From Sphyrna mokarran (Eukaryota), in contig JAGIQG010000009.1 in NCBI GenBank assembly GCA_024679065.1, positions 66,340,001-66,404,000 on the forward strand: 64,000 nucleotides of DNA, read 5' to 3'. Of the stretch, positions 52,001-64,000 are shown one piece after another. Position 1 is the first letter of the stretch. The number at the start of each line of letters is the position of its first letter. The translations under genes and the position numbers were made by a program. Below the pieces are notes generated by a model. That model saw only the letters and a program-made list of their open reading frames with translations. It had not been told where the DNA came from and made no database searches.

Positions 52001-53179
52001 ATTTCATAAATTCTGACTAGTTAGGTTAAGTTGCAAGTATTAGCCAGTAGAAAGGAAAGCTCTAAGTGTTCACAAAGCTTGACAATATAGCAATGCTTCA
52101 AAGTGCCGTTATCATGGACAAAGCTTAAATATTGGCTCTTTTTAAGCAATGCCAAATATGAACATGCTTGAACTGCTACAGGCATTTATACGACACTGTC
52201 ACTGGGGAGAATTTGATGATACAATGACTGCACTAACATCAAATGCCCTTGTCACCAAAAGTTAGTGTTTTCAGTCTTAATATATTCTCAAGAATACAAG
52301 AAATAAAAATTCATTACAAATGAAAAAGCATTTTCCTTCAGCATTATTTAACCCCTAAGATTGAGATTGTAAAATAACATCTACGTTTCCTCAACTGATT
52401 AACCGCATTCCATTAATCCTATTGCCTCGCAGACGTCAATATGCTAAATCGCACCAGTCTGACATAAATTAGTTCATTCAGGCTCGAAAATGAGTTCATT
52501 CGGGTGAGCAAATGTTGACAAATGTATTTCCTCTCTTTGGCTTGCAGCTTCCCGAACCCTCCACTCCCAGGCCCTGAATTATTTGCATTCTTAAATAAAT
52601 GAACAACATATCCAACATAAGTAAGCAATTGCAGAAAGGTGAATAAATTGTATCATTTCTGCACGTCCTCATTAACTAGAAACTGGGAATGTCAGTCCAT
52701 TTATGCCGCTGAAACTTAACCTTTAGCGAAAGCTAAGTTTAGTCTAAGTTGTTGGGAGCAATGCATAGACACCTGGAAACCCAAAAATAAAGAATCCTTA
52801 AATCCCATTTAAGGATATTCTGTTCATAGCAGGAATAGTGACAATGGCTCTTAAAGTACCCATTCTTTAAAATGATATTCAACATGCTGCCAATTTACTC
52901 TGATTTTAATTGAATTCAAATTTCACCACCTGTTGCAGCAGGAGTCCCAGAACATTAGCTCAGTTTCTGGATTAATAGTCAAGCGAAAATGCCATTAAGC
53001 CATCATCTCCTCCATGTCTATGATGGAGGAAAGAGATGGATATGGTGTCACTCAAGTGGGCTGAATTGTTCTAGATGGTGTTGAGCATTTGTCCAGAAAG
53101 TTCAAGAGTATTCCATCATACTCCTTACTTGTGCCTTGATGATAGACAGGCTTTGGAACTTCATGAGGCAAGTTATTCA

Positions 53180-53530
53180 ACTCCCACCCACTGACTCTGT
53201 TTACACTCCCACTGCCTCAAAAAAGCAGCAAGCTTAATTGAGGACTCGCTGCACCCTGAACATATTCTATTCTATCTTCTTCCGTCGGGAAAAAGATACA
53301 AGAGATCACATATCAACCAACTCAAGAACAGCTTCTTCCCTGCTGCAAAAAGGCTTTTGAATGGATCTACCTTGCATTAAGTTGCCTTTTTCCATACCCT
53401 AACTATGATTGTAACATTGCATTCTGCACTCTTTCCTTCTCTATGTATAGTATGCTTTGGCTGCATAGCATGCAAGGTACAATACTTCTCACTATATGCT
53501 AAATCACGTGACTAATAAATGAAATCACAA
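53180..53530 (+). mobile_element. Rex1/Babar LINE 3' end
   Basis: LLPSGKRY...NQLKNSFFPAA; homologous to 25435-25835. Confidence 0.8.
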
Positions 53531-53544
53531 AATTCTCACATTCT

Positions 53545-55730
53545 GACCTAGAGTCATAGAGGTTTACAGCATGGAAACAGATCTTGCCGGCCGAAAAGGC
53601 ATGGAAACAGGCCTTTTGTCCACGCTGCCTTTTTTTTAAAAAACCTCTAAGCTCATCCCGATTGCCCGCATTTGGCCCATATCCCTCTATACCCACCGTA
53701 CCCATGTAACTATCTAAATGCTTTTTAAAAGATAAAACTGTACCCGCCTCTTCTCTTACTTCTGGCAGCTTGTTCCAGACACTCACCACCCTCTGTGTGA
53801 AAAAATTGTCCCTCTGGACAATTCTGTATCTCTCCCCTCTCACCTTAAACCTGTGCCTTTGAGTTTTAACTTCCCTACCTTTGGGAAAAGATATTGACTA
53901 TCTACCTTGTCTATGCCTCTCGTTATTTTATAGATTTCTATAAGATCACCCCTCATCCTCCTACACTCCAGGAGAGAAAAATCTCAGTCTATCCAGCCTC
54001 TCATTATAACTCAACCCATCAAATCCCAGTAGCATCCTAGTAAATCTTTTCTGCACTCTTTCTTGTTTAACAATATCCTTTCTATAATAGGGTGACCAGA
54101 ATTGCACATAATATTCTGAGGATGGCCTTACCAATGTCTTGTTGAAGTTGCAGAAGACATCCCAACTCCTGTATTTAATATTCTGACCAATGAAACCAAG
54201 CATGCCAAATGCCTTCTTCACCAATATGTCTGTGACTCCATTTTCAAGGAGCTGTGAACATGTACCCCTAGATCTCTTTGTTCTGTAACTCTCCCCAGTG
54301 CCCTACCATTAACTGAGTAAGTCATGTCTTGATTCAATCTACTAAAATGCATCACCTCGCATTTGTCTAAATTAAACTCCATCTGCCATTCATCAGCCCA
54401 CTGGCCCAATTGATCAAGATCCCATTGCAACCGGAGATAACTTCCTTTGCTGCCCACTATGCCACCAATTTTTGTGTCATCTGCAAATTTACTAACCATG
54501 CCCCCTATATTCTCATTCAAATCATTAATATAAATGATAAATAACAGTGGGCCCAGCACTGATCCCTGAGGCACACCGTTGGTCACAGGCCTCCAGTTTG
54601 AAAAACAACTCTCTGGCTTCAGTCAAGAAGCCAATTTTGTATTTATTTAGATACCTCACCCTGGATCCCATGAGATTTAACTTCATGCAATAACCTACCA
54701 TGCTGTACCTTGTCAAAGACCTTGCTTAAGTCCATGCAGACAACATCAACTGCACTGTCCTCATCTATCTTCTCGGTTATCACTTCAAAAAACCCAAATT
54801 TGAGAGACATGATTTTCCATTCACAAAGCCATGCTAACTGTCCCTAATCACTCCTTGCATCTCTAAATGCCTGTAGATCTTTTCTCTCAAAATACCTTCC
54901 AACAATTTATCCACCACAGATGTGAGACTCACTGCCTGTAGTTTTCAGGTTTTTCCATGCAGCCCTTTATAAACAAAGGCACAATATTTGTCACTCTCCA
55001 ATCTTCAGGCATCTCACCCGTAACTAATGATGATTCAAATATCTCATCTAGAGGACCTGCAATTTTTTTGCCTATCCTCCCACAACATCCTGGGATATAC
55101 TTCATCAGGTCCCAGGGGTTTATCTACCTTGATGTGCTTTAAGTCTTCCAGCACCTCCTTCTTTGTAATACATACACTTCTCAAGACATCACTATTTGTT
55201 TCCCTAAATTCCCTAACAACCATACTTTTCTCAACAGTAAATACTGATGAAAAATATTCATTTAGGATCTCACCCATCTCTTGTGGATCCGCACACAGAT
55301 GACCTTGTTATCCTTAAGAGTCCTTACTCTCTCCTTTGTTAACCTTTTGCCCTTTATGTATTTGCAGAAGCTCTCTGGATTTTCATGTGCTTTATCTGCC
55401 AAAACAATTTCGTGTCCTCTTTTTGCCCTCCTGATTTCTCTCTTAACTCTATCCCTACACCCTCTGTCCTCTTCAAGAGATTCACTTGATCCCAGCTGCC
55501 TATGCATGTCATGTGTCTTTTCCTTGTCTTGACCACTGGTCCCAAAGTGATCCCTCACTAATACTTTTGTCACTTGCCCTTCCTTATTTCCCAAGAGGAG
55601 GTCAAGTTTTGCCCTCTTTCTAGTTGGGCCATCCACATACTGAATGAGAAATTCCTCCTGAATACATTCAATAAATTTCTTTCCATCCAATCCTCTAATA
55701 CTATGGCTATCCCAGGCAGTGTTGGGAAAA
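53545..55730 (-). mobile_element. CR1 LINE, ~2.2 kb of disrupted ORF2
   Basis: FLIQYVDGPTR...LDLLLGN, LNEYFSSVFT, PGPD-like motif, [14 protein letters not shown]; 3' tail. Confidence 0.92.
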
Positions 55731-55945
55731 TTAAAACCTGCTCTTGTGTCCACGGTATTTATATGACAGGTACAGAAGTGTGGGTACAAATCTATCCAAT
55801 CTCCAGGTAGCACAAGGAGGATTTGTATCATCTAACTCAGTGGAGAACAGGAACCAATCTGCAACAGACTGCTAGTGGGAAATGGATGCACACAGGCAAC
55901 ATGGATCCATTAGATCCCTGTCAATTATTCAAATTCAAGGGCTAC

Positions 55946-56861
55946 TGTTATGAATTATGTAAGTTGAATTTACATATATTTGTGTGTAAAGGACGATAAA
56001 AATGTTTTCAATTTAATTTAGGTTTTGTTTATGAGCCTTGGTGCCTAGAAGTCTGGATTTACTTAACTAAAGGGTTCCAGGTCTTTCGGATTTGTTTGTA
56101 TAATAGACATTTGTAATGAGGTATTAGAACCACTGAAGTTAAAAAAAGGGTTAAAAGGAGTTGAAAGGTCAGTGATTCTGAAAAGAAATGAAGGAGAAAA
56201 ACTTTACCAATGCTGAGCCACAGTGATTTAGTGACACAGACACAGAAAAGAGAGAAGTTGCGAAAGAGTACGACAGAAAGAAAGGAGAGGAATTTTAAGC
56301 TTTCTGGAAAGCAAAGTTATGAGACTAGTGGGACAGTAAAGTAAATATTTAGCAGAGGTGCCAGTGGAAGATTGAGTTTAAAGAACTCATTTGTATACTA
56401 TGTAGTTGAAGAAACGGTGAGTTTAAAGTGCAATTTTGGATGTCTCGAGGAGAGATACAAGTTGGGTGAGAAGCATCAAGTAAATGCTCAGGAATTCACC
56501 ATAAGAAAACTGTTTGAAACCGTGCCAGTCCCAATGCGATGTCTTTGCACCAAGCCAGTGGTAAGCCCTCATTAAGGGTACACAGACATATTACTGGGGT
56601 AACGAAGCGGTCATATGAGAATTATCTTCTCATGTTTGTATTTAGATCTTCCTGATCATCTTGTCTCGTGTAATACAGTTCATTTTTCTTGTGAAATAAA
56701 TATGTGACTCTTAGTCTGAAAAGTTCATCAGCAGATTCTTGAGAATTTGCTCAGTAACTTTCCGCCATGATTTCTGAAAAATACATTAAGGTCTACCAAG
56801 CCAGGCTTCACCCTGGGATCTGATCTGTCTAGTATCAGCAGCAGCAGCTAGGATTGTAACA
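55946..56861 (+). mobile_element. Probable solo LTR
   Basis: Begins TGTTA and ends TAACA; AATAAA near 56695; no ORF; TSD imperfect. Confidence 0.55.
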
Positions 56862-57859
56862 GCACAGATCCCATTAATCTGAATCCTCCAGTGAGTAGGG
56901 CCTAAAGATGCTATGGGTAGCTGGAGTAGAAAATGGAAAGGTTATTCAAACTCCATAATACTGATCAAAATTCCTTGCAGCACAACTCTTTCGTCCCTTT
57001 GTGAATCGACAAGGTTACAGAAGGAATAAAGCTGCCCTTGCTGATGTTTTTCAAGCATAGAAGTAACTCATTAGCTCATAGAGACAAGCAGCATCTGTCC
57101 TGCATCTGAGGTAAGCAGAGATAAATGGAGCCATCATGACTTAAACTGGATCACACTGACATGGGTTTTGAATAAACCAAGTCCCTTGGGTAGAGTAGGT
57201 ACTAAATTGTGTAGTTTTTCTTCACAACATACCAAATGAATGGATGTTATTTGGGTGGTAAACCCAAGAAAATCTATTCTCTGGCCCATTTCATTGTACA
57301 GATCCAATTAGTAAGAAATCTATCCGACACTTATGGATTTTTTGTAGATCTTGGCAGACAGAATCCTATATTTGTACATACACGTTGTCTCTTGGTTTGT
57401 TAGAGCAGTTAGAAAAATTGCAGGAGGTTTCATTTGGTTTCAATTGAGATGGGGAAGGGAAGGAAAACAAGCCAATTGGTGTGATTTAGACATCCTTAGA
57501 GTTAATAAAAGAGTGTCTCAACAGCAATAACAATCTTTCTGAATGGTGCTGTTCTGAATAGACTGCCTTTTTAGCAGGTTTGGCTGCAGTGGAGATGACC
57601 AATGCCCCTTGTTCAATAGGCAAAACAATGAAAGCTTTGCTTTCTTCAGGGAGATGACATTAGAAATGGATGTTTAGAACTTCTATTTAGGTTGTGTTTC
57701 TAGATTAACACCTTTGCTTCATGTTGTTATTTCTAATTTATTCATTTTTTAGCCTATACATGACCAACCTTATGAATAATATTGAAGAGGATTAGGTAAC
57801 ACATCACAAAATGTTAAATCCATAATGCAGTTGAATATATAGCTGGAGCTTGCACACTT

Positions 57860-58138
57860 CATAAAATCGTAGAATCCCTATAGTGCAGAAGGAGGCCATT
57901 CAGTTCACTGATTCTGCATCGATTCTCTGACACAGTATCTTACCTACACCCTCTCTGGTGCCCTATTCCCATTACCCCACAAACCTAGCATGGCCAATCC
58001 ACCTAATCTGCACATCTTCGGACTCTGTGGTGGTGGGAGGAACCCATGCAGACAAGGGGAGGATGTGCACAGCCGGAATTGAACCCTCGTTTCTGGCACT
58101 GTGAGGCAGCATTGCTAACCACTGTGCCAACATGCCAC
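57860..58138 (-). mobile_element. HE1-type SINE
   Basis: Reverse-strand tail and head. Confidence 0.85.
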
Positions 58139-58613
58139 TCTAAAAGGGTACAGCCCCAGAATGCAAATTGCTATAGTCTATGTGTAGAAACCTCTTAGAT
58201 GGTTGAAAAAAGTGACCATGCAAAAATCCTGTAACTGCAAAATGTCTTTAAGATAATGCAGGGAAAAACAAACAAACAAAACAAACAAACAGCAGGAAAA
58301 GCCCATTTTTAAATCACATTTTAATGCTGCAGATCACTTAATTTTGTATGAAAGTCTGCTCCAGACTTCCACCTCCCTTCATGCAGACTTTTACAATATT
58401 GTATGATGCACGTGCGCACAGATTTTTCAAACTCACTGCCCATCGATTTAACCTGCTTTAATCTATACAGCAGGATATAAGCTCAAATCAAGAGCTTATT
58501 CAAACATCTGGCTGAAAAACCACATATTTCATATTGTTTTTACTTCCAGCAACAGAGTACTCTGTTGTAGAGGAGCTAACCCCAGCCAGCGGGATAATCA
58601 AAAAGCTGCATCG

Positions 58614-58895
58614 GGGCAGCAGAGTGACACAGTAGTCAGTGCCAGGGACCCAGGTTCAATTCCTTTCTCGGGTGACTGTCTGTGTGGAGTCTGCACGTTC
58701 TCCCACGTCTGCATGGGTTTCCTCCGTGTTTTCCGGTTTCATCCCACAACGCAAAGATGTACACGTAAATTGACCCTAGTGTCAGGGGATTAGCAGGGTA
58801 AATGTGGGGTCACGGGAATAGGGATTGGGTGGGATTGTGGTCAGTACAGGCCCCATGGGCTGAGCGGCCTCCTGCTGGACTGTAGGGATTCTATT
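58614..58895 (+). mobile_element. HE1-type SINE
   Basis: Head and tail. Confidence 0.85.
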
Positions 58896-59090
58896 TGTTT
58901 AGCACCTTTAAATGTAGTAAAATTACTCAAGGTGTTTTGAAGCAAAATGTTTCAACGAGTCACAAAAGGGGCTAATGACCAAAAATTTAGTGAGAGATAG
59001 ATTTCAAGGTGCGTTGAAATGAAGTGAGAAAGACAGAGAACGTTTAGGATGAAATTCCAGAGCTTAGCACCTTGACAGCTGAAGGCATGA

Positions 59091-60158
59091 TGTGGAGATG
59101 CCAGCATTGGATTGGGGTAAACACAATAAGAAATAAGAAATCTCACAACACCAGGTTAAAGTCCAACAGGTTTATTTGTTGTCACAAGCCACTAGCTTTC
59201 AGAGCATTGCCTCTTCATCAGGTGAATGGGAGTTCTGTTCACAAACAGGGCACATAAAGACACAAACTCAATTTACAAAATAATAGTTGGAATGCAAGCC
59301 TTTACAGGTCATCAAGTCTTAAAGGTTCAGATAATGAGAGTGGAGAGATAGTTAAGCACAGATTAAAAGAGATGTGTATTGTCTCCAGCCAGGCCAGTTA
59401 ATGAGATTTTGCAAGCCCAGGCAAGTCATGGGGATTACAGGTGGTGTGACATGAACACAAGATCCCGGTTGAGACCGTCCTCATGGGTGCGAAACTTGGC
59501 TATCAGTCTCTGCTCAGCGACTCTGCATTGTAGTGTGTCATAGGGGCCAATTTGGAGAATGCTTACAGTCAGAGGCAAACGCCCATGACTGCTGAATTGT
59601 CCCCAACAGGAAAAGAACATTCTTGCCCGGTGATTTTCGAGTAGTGTTCAATCATTCGTTGTCGTAGTGTCTACATGGTCTCCCAGTGTACCATGCCTCG
59701 TGACAGCCTTTCCTCCAATGTATCAGGTAGACAACATTGCCCGAGTTGCAAGTGCATATACCTAGTAAATAGGTGACCTTCACGACACACAGAGTCGCTA
59801 AGCAGAGACTGATAGCCAAGTTCTGTACACATGAGGATGGCTTCCACCGGGATCTTGGGTTCATGTTACACCATCTGTAACCCCCACGATTTGCCTGAGC
59901 TTGCAAAATCTCATTAACTGGCCTGGCTGGAGACAGTACACATCTCTTTTAACCTGTGCTTAACGCTCTCTCCATTATCTGTACCTTTAAGAATTGATTA
60001 CCTGTAAAGACTCGCGTTCCAACCATTATTTTGTAAACTGAGTTTGTGTCTTTATATGCCCTGTTTGTGAACAGAACTCCCACTCACCTCATGAAGGGGC
60101 AGCGCTCCGAAAGCTCGTGGCTTGTGATACCAAGTAAACCTGTTGGACTTTAACCTGG
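59091..60158. mobile_element. Penelope-like element 3' end with inverted pLTR, inserted in an L2 remnant
   Basis: - strand GIY-YIG peptides NVVYLIHWRKGCHEAWYTG and RVAEQRLIAKFRTHEDGLNRD; inverted arms ~59150-59545 / 59775-60158; TSD agctgaagg(c/t)atga at 59077-59090 and 60159-60172. Confidence 0.92.
59189..59225 (-). ncRNA. Minimal type I hammerhead ribozyme motif
   Basis: TCAC CTGATGA AGAG gcaatg CTCT GAAA gc TA GTGG. Confidence 0.65.
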
Positions 60159-60534
60159 AGCTGAAGGTATGACAGGCGGAGAATTGAAATGGAGGATATC
60201 TCACAAATGTCTCTTGAGTGTAGCAGTGATGTGGATTGCTTATTCTTCAAACAAATCTCCATATTTCCAGGACAGAATGAGGACAACATTGGAGGAAAGA
60301 AAAATACGGTTTAGGGCACAATGGTGGAAGGGGTTTAAAAAAAAAAAATGGAGAAAAGAGCATATGAAGATGTACTCAAAATTACAAAATACTATATAGT
60401 GTAGATGAGGCCTTTCAGCCCATCGAGTCCACATTGGCACATGAAAGGCTCTCTCGGAGGCTTCTTAATTTGAATAAACAAATAATTTACAAGGTTGCTT
60501 CTGTAGCTGCTTGCTTCAAACTTGTTCATAGTAC

Positions 60535-60670
60535 ACGTGTAGATGGGTTAGCCGTAGTAAATGTGTGGGATAGAGCAGGCAGCGGGCCAGGGTAAGATAC
60601 TCTGTCAGTGAGTCAGTGCAGATTTAACAGTCCAAATGGCTCCTTATGCATTGGAGGGATTTTATAGTTC
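60535..60670 (+). mobile_element. HE1-type SINE 3' part
   Basis: gtcagtgcagattt...ccaaatggctcc tail. Confidence 0.65.
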
Positions 60671-61123
60671 TCTGATTTCCAGTTACTTTCATGACTCTGG
60701 ATGTCCTAAAGTGCTGTACAATCATTTAAATGTGCACAGTTGCTTCCAGTCAGTAGACTAGACAGGCGTGCAGTGCTCATTCAAAATTCACAAAGAGTTC
60801 AGATCTTCAAGGCTAAGGTTAGTGTCTCGAGCTCACATGTTGCAATGTTGCTAGGTTTGTTCCTTTGCAACATTCACCTGATTAAAGAAAACACACAATT
60901 ATGTCCCATTTTCTCATTAAAATCCAGCTACTTCATGGCCCAGTGAGTAACGCAAATATCAAAGATTCCATTCATGTAGGCCAACATCAGTAACACAAGG
61001 GGAGTGAAAAATGCATTGATTATTCAGAATTAGGGTTTTATAAAAGGGATACATACAGGGAATGGAATGGCTCAGCGGATATTCTCTATCCGAATCAGAA
61101 ACTTCGGGTTCAAGTCCCATGCC

Positions 61124-62470
61124 AGGGTGGCAAGTTGGCACAGTTGTTAGCACTGCTGCCTCACAAAACAGACCTCAGGGGTCTGTTTTGGGGCCCCTGC
61201 TGTTTGTAATTTTTATAAATGATCTGGATGAGGGTATTGAGGGATGGATCAGTAAATTTGCAGATGATACTAAAGTTGGTGGAGTGGTAGATAGTGAAGA
61301 GGGGTGTTTTAGTTTACAGAGTGACTTGGACAAGTTGCAGAGCTGGGCCGAGAGGTGGCAAATGGAGTTTAATGTGGAAAAGTGTGAGGTAATGCACTTT
61401 GGCAGGAACAATAAATGTGTAGAGTATAGGGCTAATGGTAGGGCTCTTAATAGTGTTGAGGAACAGAAGGATCTTGGTGTATGTGTCAATAGATCCCTGA
61501 AAGTAGGCAGTCAAGTGGATAAAGTTGTTAAGAAGGCATATGGAGTCTTAGCTTTTATTGGTAGGGGGATTGAATTTAGGAGCCGCAGCATCATGTTGCA
61601 ACTGTACAAAACTCTAGTGCGGCCGCACTTGGAGTATTGTGTGCAGTTCTGGTCGCCACATTATAAGAAAGATGTGGAGGCATTGGAGAGGGTACAGAGG
61701 AGGTTTACCAGGATGTTGCCTGGTATGGAGGGCAGGTCCTATGAAGAGAGGTTGAAGGATTTGAGGTTGTTTTCGTTAGAAAGGAGGCGGCTAAGAGGGG
61801 ATCTTATTGAAGCATATAAGATGATTAGAGGTTTAGATAGGGTGGACAGTGATAGCCTTTTTCCTAGGATGGAGAAAGCTAGCACGAGGGGACACAGCTT
61901 TAAATTAAGGGGTATGAGTTATAGGACGGATATCAGAGGTAGGTTCTTTACTCAAAGAGTGATTAGGGAGTGGAATGCCCTGCCTGCAGCTGTTGTAGAT
62001 GCGCCAAGTTTGGTGGCGTTTAAGAGGTTAATTGATAAGTATATGGAAGAGAAGGGAATGGTTTAGTTTGGAGGGGCATTGCTTTTTATTTTGGTCGGCA
62101 CAACATCGAAGGCCGAAGGGCCTGTTCTGTGCTGTATTGTTCTATGTTCTACAACTCCAGGGACCGGACATAATTCTAGCCTTGGGTCACTGTGCGCAGT
62201 TTGCACGTCACCCTCCCCCTTCCTGTGTCAGTGTGGGGTTTCCTCTAGGTGCTCCGGTTTCCTCCCACAGTCCAGAGATGTACAGGTCAGGTGGACTGGC
62301 CGTGCTAAATTGCCCCTTAGTATCTTGAGGTGGGTAAATTAAATGGATTAGTCATAGCAACTGTGTGGGGTTATAGGGTGGAGAAGAGGACCTGGGCAAG
62401 ATCCTCTTTCACAGTCAGTGCAGGCTCGATGGGCCAAATGGGCTCTTCTTCACTGTAGCAATTCTATGAC
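61124..62470 (+). mobile_element. HE1-type SINE split by CR1 (61124-61166, 62151-62470), next to a Deu-type head at 61065-61123
   Basis: ctgcctcacaa | acaactccagggacc continuity. Confidence 0.85.
61167..62150 (+). mobile_element. Young HER1/CR1 LINE, 5'-truncated, frame open to the native stop
   Basis: RT C-half PQGSVLGP...FADD...; TSD acaa; near-identical to 47213-48323. Confidence 0.95.
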
Positions 62471-62572
62471 TTGATGGTCAGGAAAGGGGCATTCATAAAC
62501 ACAACCAAACAGATTGCATGTCAACTTAGAAATCCTTCCAATACATGCCAACGGCAGACAATAAAAATAAGA

Positions 62573-62782
62573 GAGCTGGGAATATTTGGCTCGGAATATC
62601 CTGGCCTCTGCTCATTCCGAGCCGTGGGTTTTCTGATAGCAGATACATGCGGCTTTTGGTCAGTGATGGGATCTTCCAGTCCCACTGAATTCAACTGCCA
62701 TTTGCATGACTTGCCAGAGAACCTGCTGGTCAATGGCAACCCGCTGAAAACCCACTGTGGGGAAGCTGGAAAATCCTATCCC
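62573..62782. mobile_element. MITE
   Basis: Right terminus ctggaaaatcctatccc; interior gggatcttccagtccc as in the 1037 and 13650 copies. Confidence 0.5.
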
Positions 62783-63444
62783 TTAATCAACTATGTGATG
62801 AAGGATATTGGAATCTTTAACATCATTATTCATATAACGCCAACTACAACGTGCATACAGAAGTGTATGTTGCCACAGCAACAAATGCTCACCGAGAGAA
62901 CTACAACACAGCACCAAGAGGGATATATAATTAAAATGGAGTTCAATTCAAAATCAATGCAGCATTTCATTAAACTCTATGTCATCAATTTTAAGATATA
63001 ATATAATCACATATTTATGAAACACCAAAAATATGTAGAGTAACTGCAGGGGAGAATTAACTATACAGCTCGCAAAGACTTCTAATATTTACTGAATATT
63101 GATATTCAGGCCTTATAGCTAATGATTTGCAATGTATCTGTGCATTTTACTTCAGTTGATGATTGAGTTGGTAATTAAAGCAATGGGGTCAGTTGAGGTG
63201 GGTGGGGAGGAGATGTTGGGAACCAAACTCAGTCTGGTATAACAGCATCATCAAGGGATGTGGATGTGTTCTCCATCTTTACCTGACATTGGGTGACACA
63301 GTGGTCAGCACTCCTGCCTCACAGCTTCAGGTTCAATTCCGGCCTTGGGTCAGTGTCAGTGTGGTGTTTGCACATTCTCCCCACACTGATATTTGACACT
63401 CTAGGTGTGCTGACAAGAGTAGAATTGCTTCCTTCAATTAACCA

Positions 63445-63775
63445 ATGATAGAATCCCTACAGTGCAGAAGGAAGGTCATTCGGCCCATCGAGTCTGCACC
63501 AGAACAATCCCACCAGGCCTCATCTTCATAACCCACAGATTTACCCTGCTAATCCCTCTAACCTATGCATCCTGGGACACTAAGGGGTAATTTAGCATGG
63601 CCAATCAATGTAACTCTCATATCTTTGAAGTGTGGGAGGAAACCAGAGCACCCAAAGGAAACCCATACAGACATGGAGAGAATGTGCAAACACCACACTG
63701 ACACTGACCCAAAACTGGAATTGAACCTGGATCCCTGAAGCAGTGAGGCAGGAGTGCTAACTACTGTGCCACCCA
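63445..63775 (-). mobile_element. HE1-type SINE, with an inverted partial duplicate at 63290-63383
   Basis: Reverse-strand tail and head. Confidence 0.88.
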
Positions 63776-64000
63776 ATGTCGGGTAAAGATGGAGGACACG
63801 TCCACATCCCTTGATGATGCTGTTGTATCAGCCTAAGTTGTTTGGCCTCTCAAATATCCAAATCAAGCAAAAGCCGGAACACACACTCTGATCATCAGTT
63901 ATTTTTGTAAATCTTCAGGATCAGTTGATGGTTGAGGCTGAGTGCAGAAGCATCTTGAACAGACAACAGCAGCTACTCCAAAGGTGTACAGGTTAGGTTG

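Noticed and set aside
61062-62066. 334-aa ORF as a host or domesticated gene
   Set aside because: It is SINE-head sequence fused to a 5'-truncated CR1 RT; the open frame reflects youth
62471-63001. 176-aa ORF
   Set aside because: Runs through a MITE and AT-rich sequence; no known motif
567-63775. tRNA genes
   Set aside because: All A/B-box sequences run into SINE bodies; no cloverleaf with a proper end is evident
1-64000. CRISPR array, operon or prokaryotic defence system
   Set aside because: Eukaryotic repeat landscape; no regularly spaced repeats or dense gene-like ORFs

Overview
Repeat-dense vertebrate DNA, almost certainly from a cartilaginous fish (shark): it carries HE1-type tRNA-derived SINEs sharing a 3' tail with HER1/CR1 LINEs. 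I find no supportable host exon, so this looks like a large intron or intergenic tract. Every recognisable ORF is a retroelement fragment (CR1, Penelope RT/GIY-YIG, L1-Tx1, RTE, Rex1/Babar, L2). There are ~27 tRNA-derived SINE copies with two alternative tails, a family of TIR-bearing MITEs, a probable solo LTR and a 156-N assembly gap. The most interesting signal is a set of Penelope-like pseudo-LTRs carrying minimal type I hammerhead ribozyme motifs (CTGANGA...GAAA-GC-TH). These include ORF-less ~140-bp TSD-flanked units (13.3 kb) and a perfect 101-bp-arm palindrome with a hammerhead on each strand (31.2 kb), suggesting a non-autonomous retrozyme-like mini-element. Family names are from recalled motifs, not database searches, and boundaries of decayed repeats are approximate.
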